A stretch of 64,000 bases of DNA from Phoronis australis (lineage: Eukaryota > Animalia > Phoronida). Below, piece after piece: positions 54,301-60,300 of this stretch. The stretch lies in contig NMRA01000201.1 in assembly GCA_002633005.1 (NCBI GenBank), positions 9,722 to 73,721 on the forward strand, written 5' to 3'. The stretch's first letter is position 1. Each line of letters starts with the position of its first letter. Below the pieces are notes generated by a model. The model searched no databases, was not told where the DNA came from, and saw only the letters and a list, made by a program, of their open reading frames with translations. A program made the translations under genes and the position numbers.

Positions 54301-57300
54301 ATGACCAGCACATCTCTACTTGAGGGGTACTCCTCATCCAGCCCCGATACCAAAATCTGCCCATGTAATGTCACCATTTGTTGAAACCCATTTCTGTGCT
54401 CTTCTAGGGCTGAAGGTAAGATTAAGCATTGCAAAATCAAACAGGAAGGTCGGCTCTTCACCATCGGCACAGCACAGTTTGAGAGCCTCATTGAGCTGGT
54501 GCAGTATTACGAGAAGAACCCCCTCTATAGGAAGATGAGGCTACGCTACCCTGTCAATGCCAAGGTGGTGCAGGACGTCGGACTGGTGAGCTTGTGCCAT
54601 CTGGGGGTTGAAAGATCAACTAAAGTGTTGGATGTTAATGATAAATGTTTTAGATTCAAAACGTTCCGTATGATTTAGCTCTGCAAAAACCTTCAAAATT
54701 AGTAATTTTAAAAATATCTGTCGATCCTTTCTGTTTTTTGTTATTTTGATTGACAAATATTTAACTTTGTTGTATTTATTTCTTCACGTCAGTAGCAAAG
54801 AGAGATAAGTCTTGCAATAATTTTTTAGATAAACAAATTCAACTTGCAGTTGACGAACTGAAAGAGCTTGACCAGAAAAAATTCAAACCCTAATCATGTT
54901 TTGGGTACAATTCTGAATTTATACTTGATTAGACTGGAGTCGCCACTTTTGCCACCACTGTGTTCAAAAGTTTTGATCGATTACGGTTATATGTATTTGA
55001 TTAAGATGGAGTTGACTTCTTACATTTAGCCGCCTGACGATGATGCCATATATTGTGGGCCCGACCTCTATATGAACCCTAATGATTTCACCACAAAGGT
55101 AAAAGGTCACATGTGGCATCCAGCTTCCAGTTTGATTGGCTGACTCATACTAACTGCTTGAGTGCGACAATGGCGTGACAAGGTCCCTTACATTGTCAAC
55201 GCCCCAGTTCTCACAGCCAACAGTTTTGTTCAATGACATCTCGGTTTGCATGTTCTGCGATATCCTGCAAAATACCGCATTGCCTGATTCTTGTAAATTG
55301 GTTACATACAACCTTTTGCAGGTGTTTTTTTCTTGACGGATACTCTATTGGGGACTATAATGCATGCATATGCAATAATTTGAAATAAGTCAAATCTTAA
55401 TATTCACCACCAATGGCTTTGTTACAATTGCTGCCATTTTCGTTCTTTATTCTCATCTTCCACTATTTCTGTTAATTATTTTATTATCATCACTCGTAAT
55501 TGAACTTGAAAAGATGAAAAATGTTTTAATCCTTGTTGAGTTTTTGCTCACTGGAGTGAATTCAATATGCCTTGCTTGACGACTGTGACTTCTAAGTGTT
55601 TCCCAATTCAATATGCCTTGCTTGACGACTGTGACTTCTAAGTGTTTCCCAATTCAATATGCCTTGCTTGACGACTGTGACTTCTAAGTGTTTCCCAATT
55701 CTCTTGCTGTTGTCATATTTTGAACCAGCCTTGTCAGCATATTGTCAATCCAGTTGATGTCTTTATTGTTCAATTACCTGCCAAAGATTAACTGTGCACG
55801 TGATATCGCAGAATGTGACTCATAGCTAGTGCATGAATTGAGTGCTTTTTGCTTTGTTTTGCCTAAACTAACCGCACACTGTTCTCCCTCCCTCCAGGAC
55901 TCGGATGCCGGCGCCATCTCTGGGGATGATGTCTACACTGATCCCAACGAGTACATCTCCCAGGTAGTTTAGACCTCAGTTGACCTATTTACGGATGGTG
56001 TGAGACATCCTACAAACAAAGAATTGTGGGATAGTGGTCATCCAAAGTAGCACTGCTAGTAAATGTAGAAATAAATGTTCTCTAGAGATCACATGAGTTT
56101 AGAAGCATTTTAAGCTGCCAGAAATCTAGTATACCTCAGAAACTATGGTATTTTTTCACTTGTTTACCACGCAATATGTCCGACAATTAAAATTCTGTTT
56201 TGTCAAATTTATTCGCAAACATAAAGAATTTTGTTTATTACTAACATGGTGTTTGTTGTGTAGATGTTATAAAACAACAATTGGCAAAGTTTCCATTATT
56301 TGTAGCAAAGTGAAAATGGTAATTTTGTGCAAAATAATTGGAGAATTACCACGGTAAACGTGTAGCCATCTATGCCATATCAACTGCCAGCTTACCAAGC
56401 AGACAACCGCCGTCATGGCATTTCCTTTATTCTGGATAGGATGACCCATATCCTACAAGTCTGTGCTCTACAATGCACACATATTGGTTTTCGTTCTTTG
56501 TGAAAGAGATAAGTCAAACTTCACTCTGATACATGCCCGTAGCTATTGACAAGGTTTCATAGAGTGGGTTCAACAAAGCAAGTTTTCTGAATGATGAATT
56601 TACACAAGCTTGCAACTCCAGATGTCGCTAGTGTTTTGTGAGAAACCCATGAGAATAATGGTGCACTCTTGCAAAATGGCCACCGATGAAATTGATTGAA
56701 TGGCTGTGCTGGAATCTTGCGTTGTGGGAGAATACTCTGAATGCTTCCATTACATAAACCAAGGCTTTTTTCGTTATTGTCTCATGAGTAGCATTGTCGA
56801 ATGCACCCATTTTAAAAAAAAATGTTCTTATTAATACTAGGAAAGTTAAACTTGTTAAACTTCGCAGGATATGATTTTCCTTCATTCCAAATTGTCTACA
56901 GGAAAGGACAGTGAAACTGTTTTATTTTGTAAAAGTTTGTTCGTGCCTTTCTGGGCTTAATGATCAACTTTTTACATTTAAGTTTATTTTGTATTAAGGT
57001 AATCACTAATGGTAACTTACATGTTTAAAAGTTGCGTGAAAACTTTACCAACAATTGAATTCCTAGCTGTAAAGTCTCTTTTTGGACATTAACCCATCCA
57101 CCACTGTTAGTTTATGCTGTTTTGCCAGTTTTTTATGAGATCCGTTTCTCTTGCATACTGATACATTTTGGCATGTTTTGTGTAAAACTGATGTCAGCTG
57201 GTTCTTATTGTAATCATTCTACTTTTGATTTGCATTTTACAGCAATTCTTCACTTATTCATCATGGCTGATAAATGAATTTCGATTTTGTCAAATTTGCT

Positions 57301-60300
57301 TACAAAAATATATCCATGGCTTGTACTGTCATGTCATAAAACAACATGTGGCGAAGTTTCCCGTATTTGCAACAAGGTAACCAGCCTTTAAAAAATGGAA
57401 AAACAACAGTTTTGGTAATTAGTTTTGTGTGCAATAAATGAAGAATTACCGTGCTCCTCAGTCAGCATGAGCATGTGTCTATCTGATCACTGACCTTGAC
57501 CTTGCCAATGTTTATCACTTCAATCTAGTACTGCATCTTGACAGATTTTAACGCAATCATCTAATGTGTAAGCGAACGTTATTACAATCTGGATTTCACT
57601 TACAGAGCTGTCTCCTTCATACTCCGTACATAACATGCATAGTGCTCATCGGAGGCTGAGTGTACTTGGGCACAGTTTTGGTGGATTATAAAAATAAAAG
57701 TACAGAAAATGAAGATCATTAGTTTCATTTCTATACTATTTTCTGGTATTGACGCAAGATTAGCCTACTTTTTGAAGTATACCCTGTGCATTGTTCTGTG
57801 CTATTGTTGTAATTTGCGGATGGTTTTTGCTGTCCTCAAAAAATTTTGGATTCACTGGACAGTAGTGTTTGGAAGGTAAATACTGAATGGATGATTATAA
57901 ATAGGTGTACTCGACTTCAAAAAATATTTTTCAAACCTTTTCTTAACTGGAGAATACTCTAAATGATTTCTGTTTGTTATGTATCGTCCAAGTGGTTTCC
58001 ATCCATACCGGAACATTCATGGTATCGGCATGAAAACAGTTGCCAGAAAGTCATCAGTTTTGGCACGGTTGGTCAACTATCCCGAAATTTGGCTGCTGCG
58101 TATAAGTTGCTGGTGGTACCTCAATACCATTTGAAAGTAGAAACCAAGTGAAGTGCTTTGGGGTGGAATTTTTTATGCAAAGTCGGAAGGTTAAATGTCA
58201 TTGGTTCAGTTTACATTGGCTGCAAATCTGTCTGTAAAAATATTGAATTGATGCGGTTTCAACCTTATCCTTTGTACCACGAGACAAATTTGAAAAAGCT
58301 ACAAAAATTCAAATCTAGTGGGCCTAAGAGAAGATAACGCCTCTCGTGACCTGGTTGTTACAGATTCGTGTGAAGGCTCTCTATGATTATCAAGCACAGT
58401 TAGAAGACGAGTTGTCATTCTGTAAGCATGCAATCATCACAAATGTCAACAAGCAAGACAGTGGATGGTAAGCATGTTTGGATACTTATCGTTGTGTCAC
58501 TTGTTTATAGGTTGACTGTAATCCCCTTGTAAAATGCAATCAACTATTAGCTGTGACACTGTCTTGGCACTGATAGACTTTTTTAAGTAATTAATCTGAT
58601 GATGAATGCAGCTCAGAGGAATGTATTGCACACTGCACTGAACATTAACTGTGAGCATTTGAAAATTTTTGGGAAAAGACGCAACTTATATATGGCATAC
58701 TCTTGCTCTTGGGGGTAACTAACTCAGTAGTCTGTAATATGCATCATCGTCTTCTTGACAAGAAGACAATTTGCAGCAGTACGAGAAAACAATAGAGCTG
58801 AAAAAAAACAAAACATTTTTCTAGCTTGGCACGCAGCTTGTTGTATTTTTCCTGTGGTTTCACTGTTCTGCTAGCTGTACTGTGAGTATCATGATAATAG
58901 GTCACACGGATAAATGGAAGTAATCTTATAGTCATGTATGGCCCTTGAGAAAGGTCACAATCTGGGACATCATAACTCAGAAACAGCTGATCAGATTCAT
59001 ATGAAACTCAGACACCATGCTTTGTGCATTGTTCTCCAAAACGCTTGTAGAAATTGTTCTTAAAATGTTTCACTTTGCTTGAGGGGCTTTTATAAATAGG
59101 ACTTTAATCATTTTCATGAAAAAGTTAATTTACATAAATTATACAAAAACTACATGATAATTTAGATAAGTGTACCAGCGTTTTGAGATTTTATATTGAA
59201 CATCAAACAAAATTTACCCAAGGCATGTTCTGGATACCATTGCCTTCTTATGAATGTACCTTAATTCGTTTTCGCTAAACATTAATAAAAACACATGGTC
59301 ACATGTCACAGTGAATGTCAGATTGGTATTAAGTCAAAAATCAAATTCTACAGGATTTTGATTTTTAGAAAAGACATACTTTTGCTGGGCTAAAAGCTAT
59401 AGTTTGAAAGGTAGTTGGCTTAACACACAGACTTATCAGTAAAGTCCTTCCTTAAATCACAAGGCTTATGGGAAAGTTGATGCCATTTACCTGTAATTAT
59501 GCATACCTGGTAATTACAGGTGGAGGGGTGACTACGGAGGTACTAAACAGGGCTGGTTCCCGTCGAACTACGTACAGGAAATAGAAGTACAGGAAGAGAC
59601 CGAGGACTCAACGCCATTAGGCACACTGCAGAAGGGCTCCATAGATGTCGTTGGTTGTATCGTTGGTAGGTTTTACTGCTCTGAAAATATATGGTTTTTG
59701 TAGACTTTTGTCTAGTATTATTATGTAATTATGTTTGATATTGATTTTCTTCTGTAGATTTGATTGAGTGTTGCTGTAGATTTAAGAATCTAAAAACAAT
59801 AGCTGCATTCCCGTGTATTTCAGATTCCCAGAAATTTTGCGAGAATCTTTTACAGGAATTATTTACACTAATATTTTGTGTCGGCATGTGATTAAGAATC
59901 CCTTTTCAAACCTCCCTGAGACTGACAGTTTTGTGTATGTTAATTGACTCAGAATGATCCTAATCCTAAACCTATTGATAAAACCACTGGCCAAATATAA
60001 TTCTTTGATTGTGCAGATGGTAGTATTCACTGCCACTGGCTTCATCAATTCCAATTTTGAATTTTGCTTGACTTCCTTAGGGCAGCGTTGTATATTTAGC
60101 TGTGTGCACTGAGAGATTTGCCTTAAATCTTCCATAATTCCTTCACTGCAGAGCCTGTGTGTGGCGAGAGGATGAACCAGGAATACGTTTTCCGCATCAT
60201 CGCTAACAATGGTGAGAAGTTAGAGATTGCGGCGCGGACACTCGAGGACATGAACGACTGGATTAGTACACTGAGGGAGTGCACTATACTGGCTGAGAAA

